DNA of 64,000 nt from Thermoplasmata archaeon (GCA_038851035.1 JAWCLH010000013.1:10970-74969); one strand, 5' to 3'; shown: positions 1 to 9,159, counted from the first letter of the stretch. The notes: generated by a model not told the origin, from the sequence alone. Made by a program: numbers and translations.

Positions 1-87
1 GCCCCGCCGGCGAGAAGGCTGAGAATTCGCGTCCCCGGCTCCGAGGCTCCATCAATCACGCCCATACCGAGGAAGCCGAAGCGGAGG

Positions 88-372
88 ATGAGCGCAATAG
101 AGGACCGCATCCACGCGCTCGAGAGGAAAGGCGTCGACGTGACCCAGCCCCGGCGGCTCCTGAGTCTCGCCAAGTCTTTCTGGAAGGGCGGGAACCCGAA
201 GAAGGCGGACCAGTACCTCCAGAGGGCCGAGGAGAAGCTCGCGGAGCTCGAGGAGAGCCACACGGCGGAGGTGGGGGCGGAGAAGCCTAAGGGGGAGGCC
301 TGTCCGAAGTGCGGCGCGAGGATGGAGCCCGGCTGGATAGTCTGCCCCGAGTGCGAGGCGAGAATTCGGTGA
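88..372 (+). CDS. small zinc-ribbon protein
   Basis: 94-aa ORF ending in a CPKC...CPEC zinc-ribbon pair; charged helical N-terminus; no family recognised. Confidence 0.4.
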   Translation: MSAIEDRIHALERKGVDVTQPRRLLSLAKSFWKGGNPKKADQYLQRAEEKLAELEESHTAEVGAEKPKGEACPKCGARMEPGWIVCPECEARIR

Positions 373-518
373 AAAAACCCCGATGCTCTCCGGCCCGCGC
401 GCGCCGGCCACGCGCCGCTTGAATGCGATAGCCCACCGCGAGCCCCGCCCTACTGCACGCCTCGAAAGGCCCTGCCAGCCGCCGCCTCCTCCCTTGAGTG
501 GCCGGGGGCGCTCCCGTC

Positions 519-1400
519 TCACCAGATGTACCTGCTCACCCTTTCCCTGCGAGACCTGCCGAGGGCCTCGAGCTCTTCCCTGAGGGCTTTCGCGTCGTCC
601 GTGCTGATAAGCTCTCCCATGGCGCGCGCGAGGCCGTCGATTCTGCCGACAGCCTCTGAAAAGTCGCTGAAGACCTCGATGAACCTGTTCTCGACCTCTT
701 TCATCGCGCTCATCGTGCCCAGCACGCGGTTGTAGCTGTCGAGAGACATTGCAATGAGCATCCTCTCCTCCCTCATGCACTCGGCCATCCCGCCACTGCC
801 CAAACCCTCGCCCTCCATCCTCTTCCAGAGCTCCTCTAACGCGCGCCTTCTGCTCTCGAGCTCCCTTGTACACTCGCCTGTGATTGCGGCGGCGCGCTCC
901 CTTAGCTCGGTGTAGCGCGCCCTTATTCCTTCAAAAGAGTCCTGGAGTGAGGCGTGGATGCTGCTGAGGGTATTGTGCATCTCGACGAGGTGCGGAACCA
1001 CGACCTCCGGGCCGGGTGAGGAGGTCATCGAGAGGCGCGCGAGAGCTCCGAGCTGCGCAGACAGCTCGTCCAGCGTCCTCCGGGATGAATCGAGCCTTTT
1101 CTCGAAGTCGCCCAGAACCGTCAGAAACCCAGAGACGTCCTGCTTGGTCAGCTCGTCCTTTTTAGCCTCCTTTCCGACCCCCCGGGCTCCGCCTGTAGCG
1201 ACCCCAGCGCGGCGGCCCCCCCTCCCTAAGCCCCTCTCCTTTCCCATCTTTTCCACCCCTCCGTTCCTGTCTCTTCCCCTCCCCCTTCGCCCGTCTGCAG
1301 CTCCATTCCGTTCTATCCGTCTCCCGCCCCCCGTCTCCCTATCACCCCTCCTCCCTTCTCCAACGCCCCACCCCGCTCCCACCGGTCGCTTTTCATTCAT
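519..1400 (-). CDS. coiled-coil protein with Gly/Arg-rich N-terminus
   Basis: ~200-aa predicted alpha-helical/coiled-coil C-terminal region. The long ORF extends to 1571, but an ATG at 1400-1398 overlaps the TGA of the upstream formiminotransferase gene (ATGA), so start is inferred there. The N-terminal segment is low-complexity G/R-rich (polypurine tract). Confidence 0.45.
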   Translation of the reverse strand: MNEKRPVGAGWGVGEGRRGDRETGGGRRIERNGAADGRRGRGRDRNGGVEKMGKERGLGRGGRRAGVATGGARGVGKEAKKDELTKQDVSGFLTVLGDFEKRLDSSRRTLDELSAQLGALARLSMTSSPGPEVVVPHLVEMHNTLSSIHASLQDSFEGIRARYTELRERAAAITGECTRELESRRRALEELWKRMEGEGLGSGGMAECMREERMLIAMSLDSYNRVLGTMSAMKEVENRFIEVFSDFSEAVGRIDGLARAMGELISTDDAKALREELEALGRSRRERVSRYIW

Positions 1401-2293
1401 TCCCAGATTCGCGTCTCGAGTATTTGGCCCTGCCCGAATTTCTCGAGCCTCAGGAAGTGCTCGGCGCACTGGGCCAGAGCCTCGAGGGGAACAAGACCCA
1501 CGATCTCGCTCCCTAGGACCTCCACGCCCATCGCGCGCGCCTCCGAGCTCACGGCCTCGAACGCGGCCCATATCGGCGTCCTATGGTAGTCGACCAGATT
1601 CATCGAGACCTGCACAATGCCCCTCTCTTTGATTTCAAAGCCCAGCGCCCTTACCGCCGGGAGGCCACCGTCCCTCTCCCTGACCTTCTTCGCTATCTTC
1701 TTGGCCACGTTGATGTCGGAGGTGTTGAGGTTGACGTTGTATGCGATCAGGAAAGGCCTCGCGCCGACCACGACCGCGCCCGCCGTCGGATGCATTACCG
1801 GCTCGCCCACGTCGGGCCTCCATTTCGGGTCCGTTATGTCCCTCTTCCTCCCCTCATATTCCCCCCTCCTCACGTCCGCGAGGGAGCGCCTCTCGGGGCA
1901 TGTCGCGGCCTCCTCGTAGAAATAGACCGGGAGGCGGAGCCTCTCCCAGAGCTCCCTCCCGAGAGAGCGGGCGAGCTCGACGCACTCCGCCATCTCGACG
2001 CCCGAGACGGGGACGAAGGGAATCACGTCCACCGCGCCGAGGCGCGGGTGCTCGCCCCTGTGCTTCTCCATGTCGATGAGCTCGACCGCCTTCGCGGCCG
2101 CGCTGAAGGCAGCCCTCCTCACGGGCTCCGGCTCCCCGATGAAGGTCATCACCGAGCGGTTGTGGTCCGGGTCGGACTCCACATCGAGAAGCCTGACGCC
2201 CTTCGTCGCGCGGATTGCCTGCGCGATGGCCTCGATGACCTCCCTCCTCCGCCCCTCGCTGAAGTTGGGGACGCACTCGACGAGCTTCCTCAT
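1397..2293 (-). CDS. glutamate formimidoyltransferase (formiminotransferase domain protein)
   Basis: N-terminus MRKLVECVPNFSEGRR is the hallmark start of the formiminotransferase (FTCD N-terminal) family; length ~300 aa fits. Confidence 0.8.
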   Translation of the reverse strand: MRKLVECVPNFSEGRRREVIEAIAQAIRATKGVRLLDVESDPDHNRSVMTFIGEPEPVRRAAFSAAAKAVELIDMEKHRGEHPRLGAVDVIPFVPVSGVEMAECVELARSLGRELWERLRLPVYFYEEAATCPERRSLADVRRGEYEGRKRDITDPKWRPDVGEPVMHPTAGAVVVGARPFLIAYNVNLNTSDINVAKKIAKKVRERDGGLPAVRALGFEIKERGIVQVSMNLVDYHRTPIWAAFEAVSSEARAMGVEVLGSEIVGLVPLEALAQCAEHFLRLEKFGQGQILETRIWE

Positions 2294-2366
2294 GTTCTCA
2301 TCGGGCCCGGTAATGAAGCCGCTGTTAAATAAGATTGCGACGGGCCCCCCGGCCTACACCAGCTTG

Positions 2367-3713
2367 CTATCGAGAGCTCCTTCGAGCTCGCCTGACCATC
2401 AGGAGGGCGAGGAGGAGAGAGACTATAGCGCTCGCCATCAGCGCGACCGCGGAGAGGAGGAGCGGCCCGCCATCTCCGTCCCGCGCGCTCCCGTCGCCCC
2501 CGTCGGGCGCGGGCGCCGCCGGGTATCTCAGCACCAGCCCACCCTCGCCCGTGCAGAGGGCGTATCTACCGTCGGGGCGGAACGATATCGAGAGCACGGA
2601 GAAGCCCGTGTCCGTCTCGATTGCCTCGAGGCCGGCGCCGTCGGTGTATCTGTAGAGTAGGCCTCCGCGCGCCGAAACAAGAGCGGTCCTGTTGTCCGTG
2701 GACCACGCAATCGCGAGGAACTGGCTTGCAGTGGAGGCGGCAACGGGCGTGAAGCGGGTTCCATCGTAGCGCAGGAGGGTGCCCAGAGTTCCGGCAAGGA
2801 GGGCGCAGCCGCCGTCGGGCCTCCAAGCGGCGGTCCTGACGAACTCGCTCGTGCCCGTGTCCAGATGTAGCACGGAGCCTGTCTCAGGGTCGTAGCGCAG
2901 GAGCGTTCCGGAATCACCGGCGACGAGGGCGATTCTCCCATCGGGCCTCCAGGCGACGGAGGTCAGGGGCCAGCTTGCGTTCGTCGTAATTCTCGAGAAG
3001 GCCCCGTGGGCGTAGGCGAGAAGGGTCCCATTGTGGCCGCAGAGGAGCGCCATGTCCCCCTGCGGCCTCCACGCGACGGCCTCAAGACGCACGGAACTCG
3101 TTCCATTGAGCTCCCTGAAGGAATGGCCGTCCCACTCGAGGACCGCGCCACCGTCGCCCACGAGAAGCGCAGTGTCGCCGGAGGGGTGCCAGCCGACGCC
3201 GTGCAGGTCGGACGCGACTCCCGGGGAAAGGGTGATGAAGAATTTCCCAGTGTATTGAAGCACCGTTCCGGACGCGCCCACTATGAGGGCATAGCTCCCC
3301 GAGGGCGCCGGACGCCATGCGACATCCAACAGGTCCCTCTGCGATGGGCACTCGAGCCTCTCCGGAAGCTCAGCCGGCCCCGCAAGCGCAGGCTGGAGCA
3401 CATGCGAGAAGAGGAGGGCTAAAGCGGCGAGCGCGCCCAGCGAGAGCGCGGGCCTCAGCGCCCTCCGGACAAGGAAATGAGTGTCGAGTAATGGATGGAT
3501 GGAGGGAGGATGTGAGAGGGGAATGGAGCGAGGTGGAGAGCGGCCGGACAGAGAATACGAGCGTGTGCGGGGATGGCCGCGCTCATGGAGGGGGCCGGAG
3601 GGATGGGGGAAAGGAGCTGCGGAAGAGCCCGGGGAATAGGGAGCCTTGGGAGCGGGCGGGGAATTATCGGGCCTGAGGTGAGAAAACGGCCCGGGGCGGG
3701 TGTGTGGCTTCAT
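2367..3713 (-). CDS. surface beta-propeller repeat protein (PD40/WD40-like) with signal peptide and C-terminal TM anchor
   Basis: Repeated ~40-aa units with the motif AWRPDG/AWRPQG...ALL(A/V)G...G(T/A)LL(R/E)YD, seven or more copies. Hydrophobic signal-like segment after a Pro-rich N-terminal extension. C-terminal hydrophobic helix followed by RRARRSSR. Confidence 0.6.
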   Translation of the reverse strand: MKPHTRPGPFSHLRPDNSPPAPKAPYSPGSSAAPFPHPSGPLHERGHPRTRSYSLSGRSPPRSIPLSHPPSIHPLLDTHFLVRRALRPALSLGALAALALLFSHVLQPALAGPAELPERLECPSQRDLLDVAWRPAPSGSYALIVGASGTVLQYTGKFFITLSPGVASDLHGVGWHPSGDTALLVGDGGAVLEWDGHSFRELNGTSSVRLEAVAWRPQGDMALLCGHNGTLLAYAHGAFSRITTNASWPLTSVAWRPDGRIALVAGDSGTLLRYDPETGSVLHLDTGTSEFVRTAAWRPDGGCALLAGTLGTLLRYDGTRFTPVAASTASQFLAIAWSTDNRTALVSARGGLLYRYTDGAGLEAIETDTGFSVLSISFRPDGRYALCTGEGGLVLRYPAAPAPDGGDGSARDGDGGPLLLSAVALMASAIVSLLLALLMVRRARRSSR

Positions 3714-4432
3714 AGAATTCCCAGAAAGTGAAAATTGTACTCCGCGAGGATGAGTAGGGCGATGAGGGCAGAGAGGAGGCCGATGTAGGCCGCCGGGCTC
3801 CAGGCCCAGACCTTGCGGCCGTCGAATATGAACACGGGGAGCATGTTGAATATCCCGAGGATGCCGCTCACTATCACGACATATACCGTGAGGTAGCCGA
3901 GGACGAGCATCCCTTTAGATAGGACACCCAGGGGCAGGAATATGAAACCGACCAGGGCGTTCATTGCGGGCCCGGAGGCCGAGACTTTCCCGGTCTGCTC
4001 GACGCTCAGGTATCCGCGGTGATAGACCGCACCCGGCGCGGCAAAGTAGACCCCAAGGAGCGATAGAAAGAGCCCGATGAGCAGGCCCGTGTCGCTCTTC
4101 CGGAACTCGGCCCAGCAGCCGTATCTGCGCGCCATGAGCTTGTGGCCCATCTCGTGGCTGATGAAGCAGAGCACCACCGCCGCCATTGATATCAGGAAGA
4201 AGACGCCAGCGAGCCAGGCCGGCAGGCCTGCGAGAAGAACGAACTTTATGTCCGACATCGAGAATATCAGTGAGAGAACCAGAACGGCCACCGTCAGGTC
4301 CCGGAGCTCCTCGGGGCTCGTGAAGGGGCCCGGGTATGGCCCAGTGCGCGCCGCGTAGGGACCGGTAAGGTAGACGATGCGGGGGGGCGCCGCGTAGCCC
4401 CTCCGCCAGTAATAATCATCGTCGTCCCACAT
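3710..4432 (-). CDS. site-2 protease family (M50) intramembrane zinc metalloprotease
   Basis: Polytopic membrane protein with HEMGH (HExxH) embedded in a TM helix, typical of S2P/M50. ATGA overlap with downstream gene. Confidence 0.7.
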   Translation of the reverse strand: MWDDDDYYWRRGYAAPPRIVYLTGPYAARTGPYPGPFTSPEELRDLTVAVLVLSLIFSMSDIKFVLLAGLPAWLAGVFFLISMAAVVLCFISHEMGHKLMARRYGCWAEFRKSDTGLLIGLFLSLLGVYFAAPGAVYHRGYLSVEQTGKVSASGPAMNALVGFIFLPLGVLSKGMLVLGYLTVYVVIVSGILGIFNMLPVFIFDGRKVWAWSPAAYIGLLSALIALLILAEYNFHFLGIL

Positions 4433-4434
4433 CG

Positions 4435-5775
4435 CTACCCCAGCCCCATTCTTATCAGATAGGGCATCGCAACAAAAGTCCCGATCATGCTCCCCACATT
4501 GGTCAGCGCCGCCACCATCAGGACCCTGATGACCCTGTTGTTGAAAAACTCTTTGGTCGTCGCCACCCTGCCGAGCTCCTGCCAGTCCTTAACGGTCGGA
4601 GTCCTGACCTTTGCCTCGACGAGACCCGAGAACCAGCCCGCCGCCACACCGGGGTGAATGGCTGTGAAGGGGGAGGCGATGAAGGCGGTTCCTATTGAAA
4701 GCGGGTGCCCGCGCGCGACAGCGCAGAAGCCCGCGGAGAGGAGCGCGTGAATCAAAAACCACCAGCCGAAGGCCTCGAGAGCCATCCCCACGCCCCTCGT
4801 CAAGGCCATCCACACGAGGATGCCGCAGAGGAGGATGGTGATTCCCCAGCCCAGAGCCCTCCCCCATGGGAAGCCGGGCGGCGGGAGCGCCTCGAGTTCT
4901 GCAATGGAGGGCAATGCCCCCCTCCCCCGGGCCAAACCGCTCCCTCCCCTCCCCGCCTCTGTGGCTCCCCCAGCCCCCACTCCCCTGACCCGTGTGCCCG
5001 GCGCGCGCGCGGCCTCCCCCCCACCCCCGACCCCGGCCCGCAAGGGCCCCGCGGTGCCCCCCATCTCTCCCGAGCCGGACTCGCCCCCGGGGCCCCCGCC
5101 CAGCGCCTCCGCGATTCTCGCCTTTACTCCCTGCAGGTGCCCCGCTCCAACGACGGCCAGCACCTTCCCCCCGCCCGAGGCCGCCTCGACGATTCTCCGG
5201 GCGATGTAGATGTCCCTCTCCTCTATCAGCACCTCGGCGACTGTGGGCGCGAGCTCCCTGAGCTCCCTCATCATCGCAGTTAGAGCGTCCTCCTTCATCA
5301 GCTCCTTCAAGTCCAGCTCCCCCTCCTCGTACTCGACGAATGGGAGCTGGAAGAGCGTCCTGACAACCCTCCACTTCTCCCGCAGCCCCATCCTCTTCCA
5401 CGCCCGCTTCAGCGTGATGGTGATGTCTCTGTCCGCCAGAACAACCTTCACGCCCCTCTCCTCCGCCGCCCTTATCGCCTCGAGCATCTCCGCCCCCGGC
5501 TCCGCCCCGAGCCTCTCTCCCAGCCTCCTCTGGTAGGCGGAGAGGAAGGACTGGGCGATGAAGGCGTAGGCGTTCCTGTCCTTGAGGAGCCGTGTCATCG
5601 GCAAGCTCTCCCACGCCTCTTTATCCTTCAGGACCCTGTACCGTCGCTCACAGAGCTCCACCGCAACGACGTCGGGCCGGAACTCCTGAATCGCACCCCT
5701 GACCTCCGCCGCGCTCTCGGGAGAGACGTGGGCAGTCCCGACGAGCAAAATGTTCTCCCCGACGCGCTCTATCAA
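4435..5775 (-). CDS. TraB/PrgY family protein with Gly-rich insert and C-terminal TM domain
   Basis: N-terminal ...ILLVGTAHVSPES... then ...VLAVVGAGHLQGV..., which are TraB family signatures. Low-complexity G/A-rich linker. Four or more C-terminal TM helices. TTG start overlaps the stop of the upstream DHH gene. Confidence 0.7.
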   Translation of the reverse strand: MIERVGENILLVGTAHVSPESAAEVRGAIQEFRPDVVAVELCERRYRVLKDKEAWESLPMTRLLKDRNAYAFIAQSFLSAYQRRLGERLGAEPGAEMLEAIRAAEERGVKVVLADRDITITLKRAWKRMGLREKWRVVRTLFQLPFVEYEEGELDLKELMKEDALTAMMRELRELAPTVAEVLIEERDIYIARRIVEAASGGGKVLAVVGAGHLQGVKARIAEALGGGPGGESGSGEMGGTAGPLRAGVGGGGEAARAPGTRVRGVGAGGATEAGRGGSGLARGRGALPSIAELEALPPPGFPWGRALGWGITILLCGILVWMALTRGVGMALEAFGWWFLIHALLSAGFCAVARGHPLSIGTAFIASPFTAIHPGVAAGWFSGLVEAKVRTPTVKDWQELGRVATTKEFFNNRVIRVLMVAALTNVGSMIGTFVAMPYLIRMGLG

Positions 5776-7196
5776 GCCGACCCCCCGGAGAGTCCCGCGG
5801 CCCTGAGGTAGCGCTCCCTGATTCTCTGCCTCGCCAAAGCCAGGGCCCTATCTCCATCAACCCCGGGCGCGAGGGACGGGAGCGGCACGGAGGCGCCTGC
5901 AGAGTTTGCGTGGCCGCCCGCCGAGCCCAGCCTCCCGAAGGCACGCTGGAGAACCCCGCCGACGTCGAGGGAGTGCTGGTCGGTCCGCGCGGATATGTGC
6001 ACCATGCCCCCAATGATGCCCCAGACAAGCGAGGCGCAGACGCCGTCGAGGCGGAGGAGGAAGTCAGCGGCCCGCGCGAGAGTCTCCCTGTCCCTCACCC
6101 TACCGGCGAACGCGAGCAGGTGGCCGGATATGAGCTCCCTGTCCATTATTGCCCTCGCCAGCGCCGCGGCCGCGGAGGCGCTGAGCGGCGGGGCCTCGAG
6201 CCTGCGGACCAACCTTAGGTCAGCTTGCTCCGCGAGAAAGCCGAGGGCCTCGAGGTCCTCCGGGTGGACGCTCCGGGTGAAGTCCGCGGTGTCGACCTTT
6301 ATTCCAAAAATCAGCGCGGAGGCGAGTGCCGGGTCCGGCCTTATCCAGAGGCGCCTTAAATAGCCCGTGAGCATTGTCGACGCCGCGCCCAGCTCCGGCC
6401 TGATGTCAACAAGTCCTCCCTCGGGCCAGAGGGAGGGGGAGAGGGGGTGGTGGTCTATCACGATATCCACCCTCGCCCCCGGCGGGAGGATGTTGTTTCT
6501 TCCGGGAACGGAGGACTCGACGAGCGCGACCGCGCCGTACCTGCCGGCGATGCGCGCCGCCTCCTCCGGGCTCTCGACCCTGCGCAGCCTCGCCCCCAGC
6601 ATCGAGACCAGCAGTTTGCTGCTCTCGCCCGAGACGCTCCCGCCGTGGTAGATGCCGCACCTCACACCGCGGGCCGCGCAGATTCTCTTCAAGGCGAGGC
6701 CCGAGGCTATCGTGTCCGGGTCGGGGTCGTCGTGGAGGAAGACCGCCAGCCCCCTACCACCGCAGTCGTCGATGACCGAGACGAGCCGCCGGGCCGCCCT
6801 CTGGCCCTCGAGCGAGCCCATCTTCTCGAGCATCCCGGAGGCCGCTAGCCTCGCGGGCTCGACGGCGAGGTCGGCCCCGGCAAGCCTGAGCCCGCTCGCA
6901 GCGCCCCGTCCGGAAGCCTCGGCGAGGATCAGTATGTCGGGTCTCAGGCGCCTCAGCTCTCGAGATATCGACGCGTTCAGCTCTCCGCGCCCCGTGACCA
7001 CGAAGGCGGCGTCGGCGGCCGCGGGAACACGCCGGGCCATCCTCTCCTCGGGGGTCCTAACCACGCGTGCGCCCGTGCCCCTCATTGCGCGCGCGGATGC
7101 AGAATCGGGGACGAGGCAGAGCGGCCTCTCGCCCCTCCGGCAGACCTCGCGCGCCAGCTCCCGCGCGAGCCCTCCCCCGCCGATAATCACCATCAA
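5772..7196 (-). CDS. TrkA_N (Rossmann) - DHH/DHHA1 family phosphoesterase
   Basis: N-terminal IIGGGGLAREL NAD-binding Rossmann motif (TrkA_N-like), DHH motif (VIDHHP) and DHHA1 motif (GGHANSAGAS), as in NrnA/RecJ-like phosphoesterases. Confidence 0.75.
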   Translation of the reverse strand: MMVIIGGGGLARELAREVCRRGERPLCLVPDSASARAMRGTGARVVRTPEERMARRVPAAADAAFVVTGRGELNASISRELRRLRPDILILAEASGRGAASGLRLAGADLAVEPARLAASGMLEKMGSLEGQRAARRLVSVIDDCGGRGLAVFLHDDPDPDTIASGLALKRICAARGVRCGIYHGGSVSGESSKLLVSMLGARLRRVESPEEAARIAGRYGAVALVESSVPGRNNILPPGARVDIVIDHHPLSPSLWPEGGLVDIRPELGAASTMLTGYLRRLWIRPDPALASALIFGIKVDTADFTRSVHPEDLEALGFLAEQADLRLVRRLEAPPLSASAAAALARAIMDRELISGHLLAFAGRVRDRETLARAADFLLRLDGVCASLVWGIIGGMVHISARTDQHSLDVGGVLQRAFGRLGSAGGHANSAGASVPLPSLAPGVDGDRALALARQRIRERYLRAAGLSGGSA

Positions 7197-7197
7197 G

Positions 7198-7710
7198 TCA
7201 GATACCGCCCCAGTGCTGCTCCTTGTGGGAGCTCATGACGATCTGAACTACTGTGTCCCTCACGCCCTCCATCCTCAGAAAATTGTCCACGAAGTCCTGC
7301 AGCTCCGATGTCGAGACAAAGAGCGCCACCAGAAGGATGTTGTGAGGACCGGTCACGCGATGAATCGCCGTTACCCTAGGGTGCTGTCTGAGCTTCTGCA
7401 CGACCTCTCTCAGCCTGTCCGAACTGACCTGCAGGTGGATGAAGGACTTCACTGTGTTCTCCACGGCGGAGAAGTTGATTACCGTCGTGAAGGCCAGGAT
7501 GAGCCCCTTCTCCTTGAGCGCCTTCACCCTCCGCCTCACGGTGGCCTCGGTCACGTGGAGCTGGGCCGCGATTCTGCTGTTGGTCTCCCGAGCGTTGCGG
7601 ACCAGAATCGAGAGTATCTGGATGTCCCTCTTGTCAACCGGCAGGAGCCTCCGGTCCAGTGCCCTCCATCTCTCCGCGAGGTCAAGCTCGACGCCCCTCA
7701 GGCGTCCCAC
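7198..7710 (-). CDS. Lrp/AsnC family transcriptional regulator
   Basis: HTH (DIQILSILVRNARETNSRIAAQLHVTEATVRRRVKAL) plus C-terminal RAM/AsnC_trans domain. The ORF runs to 7947 with no internal ATG; a GTG at 7710 gives a typical ~170-aa Lrp, but the start is uncertain. Confidence 0.7.
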   Translation of the reverse strand: MGRLRGVELDLAERWRALDRRLLPVDKRDIQILSILVRNARETNSRIAAQLHVTEATVRRRVKALKEKGLILAFTTVINFSAVENTVKSFIHLQVSSDRLREVVQKLRQHPRVTAIHRVTGPHNILLVALFVSTSELQDFVDNFLRMEGVRDTVVQIVMSSHKEQHWGGI

Positions 7711-7949
7711 CCCCCTCTTTTCGATTTTCGGCGCCTTTCCCCCAGTATGCGCCGAAATCAGGCATTGGCTCCTGGCGTATTTATTGATTGCGCGGGCGCC
7801 CGGAGGCCATTTTTCGGCGGCTGGCCGGCAGTCCAACCGAAATCTTCCTGTGGGGTCAATGCGGGGTCTCAATGGGGGTAAGGGAGCTATACGGGCCCCG
7901 AATCGAGTAGTTAATGGCCAGGGGCCGCCGAAGGGGGGTAGAAACATCG

Positions 7950-8123
7950 TGGAAGAGGTGGGTGTTCCTATTCATTTCGGCGGCCACTGGCCTATCATAT
8001 TTATGTATTATTTCGCGGTCCCTGCTCCGCGTTCGAATCAATTAATTCTCTTGGAGACTATAAATATCTTTCTGACAATTTTCGACAGATTCGCGTCGAA
8101 ACCGGTACATGAGTTCTCGGATG
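7950..8123. promoter_or_regulatory. AT-rich intergenic region with TATA-like elements (lrp promoter side / pilin-operon 3' end)
   Basis: Local AT-rich island (ttatgtattatttcgcg...ctataaatatctttctgacaattttcg) in a ~65% GC background. It sits between the lrp start and the last gene of the giant-pilin operon. Confidence 0.3.
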
Positions 8124-9137
8124 TTACCTCACCCTCGCCTCCACGACCGCCACGCAGAGCTCCAGCCTCGTCACCGCCTTGAGCTCCAGTCTCACCCAGC
8201 CGTCGCCCGTCTCGATGGAGTAATCGGCACCCATCGTGAGGTTCGTCACGGGGCGGGAGAGGGTCTCATTGAAGTACCGGGCCCACGCGCCTGGGGAAGT
8301 TGTGGTCAGGTTAACGCTTATATTCTTTCCCAGAGACCATTCCGCGCCCTCGTAGACGTTCCAATCTTTCGAGACCACCCTGGTCTCGACCACGACATTC
8401 TCCGTCCCCGCGAGGCTGGTGTAGTCGCCGGTCAGAGACACGAAGAGCATCGAGGCGGAGAGGTTCCCGGCCGCGCCCCGGCTCGCGCTGAAGTGGGGCG
8501 GAGCCCTCATCGCCGCATCGCTCCCGCCCGACACGAGGACGGCCCCCTGCTCGTATATGAAGGTCTGCTGTGATACGTATGCGTTCTGGGAGAAGAATGA
8601 GACGCTCCCCCGGCTCCTTACATAAACGTCCCCGGGGTCGTCGGTGTTGTAAACCGCCAGCGAGCCGTTGAAAGGGTTGGTGACGAGTCTCCCCGCGGTC
8701 TTGGAGAAGCCGAGGAGCGCGCTTGGCTCCCTCCCGAGGGTTACCCTCGTGCTGACACTCACGGGAGTCTCCCTGAGAATCTGGGCATCTATGTTTTCCC
8801 TGAGCGCGTAGAACTGCTCCAGCGTCTCCCTCATGTGCTGGTTCTCATCTATTTCGCCCCACACCGGGACGTAGTACATTATAACGAGAGATAGGACGCT
8901 GCTGATGATCAGGAGCAGCATCACCGCGGTCACCGCGCCCGAGACCGCACGCCCGTTCCAGCGCACCCGGCCCTCCCCGCTCCGTGCTATGCCTCCACCC
9001 CCTCCTCCCCTCCCCGCCACACCTGTCCCCCCTCGAGCCCGCCCACCCTTCTCCTTTCCACGTGCTCCTCCTCGCATCCCTTGGCCCCCGCTCCCGTCGT
9101 CCTCTCCTCTTCCCGCCCTCTGCCACCTCCCTTCCAT
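8124..9137 (-). CDS. minor-pilin-like secreted protein, paralog 1 (N-terminal class III-like signal/TM anchor)
   Basis: Arg-rich N-term, then the hydrophobic helix AVSGAVTAVMLLLIISSVLSLVIMYYVPVW, then a ~260-aa domain. Clear paralog of the two upstream genes; shared motifs are YYVPVW, NID.QIL, VTLG, MYY..Q.Y.YE.GA, and a C-terminal ...AVVE... The N-terminal G/R-rich stretch may be 5'UTR rather than coding. Confidence 0.6.
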   Translation of the reverse strand: MEGRWQRAGRGEDDGSGGQGMRGGARGKEKGGRARGGTGVAGRGGGGGGIARSGEGRVRWNGRAVSGAVTAVMLLLIISSVLSLVIMYYVPVWGEIDENQHMRETLEQFYALRENIDAQILRETPVSVSTRVTLGREPSALLGFSKTAGRLVTNPFNGSLAVYNTDDPGDVYVRSRGSVSFFSQNAYVSQQTFIYEQGAVLVSGGSDAAMRAPPHFSASRGAAGNLSASMLFVSLTGDYTSLAGTENVVVETRVVSKDWNVYEGAEWSLGKNISVNLTTTSPGAWARYFNETLSRPVTNLTMGADYSIETGDGWVRLELKAVTRLELCVAVVEARVR

Positions 9138-9159
9138 TCCCTCTTCCCCTCCCGCCCCC

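Noticed and set aside
52-873. 273-aa minus-strand ORF
   Set aside because: Antisense to the zinc-ribbon ORF and the coiled-coil gene. Arg/Gly-rich composition typical of spurious frames in high-GC DNA; no motifs.
4589-5614. 341-aa minus-strand ORF inside the TraB gene region, and several plus-strand ORFs (4705-5283, 4820-5209, 4992-5261)
   Set aside because: Alternative frames or antisense of the TraB gene. Extreme G/R/P low complexity; TraB frame has clear family motifs.
6652-7881. 409-aa plus-strand ORF
   Set aside because: Antisense to the DHH phosphoesterase and Lrp genes, both of which have strong motifs. No recognisable domains.
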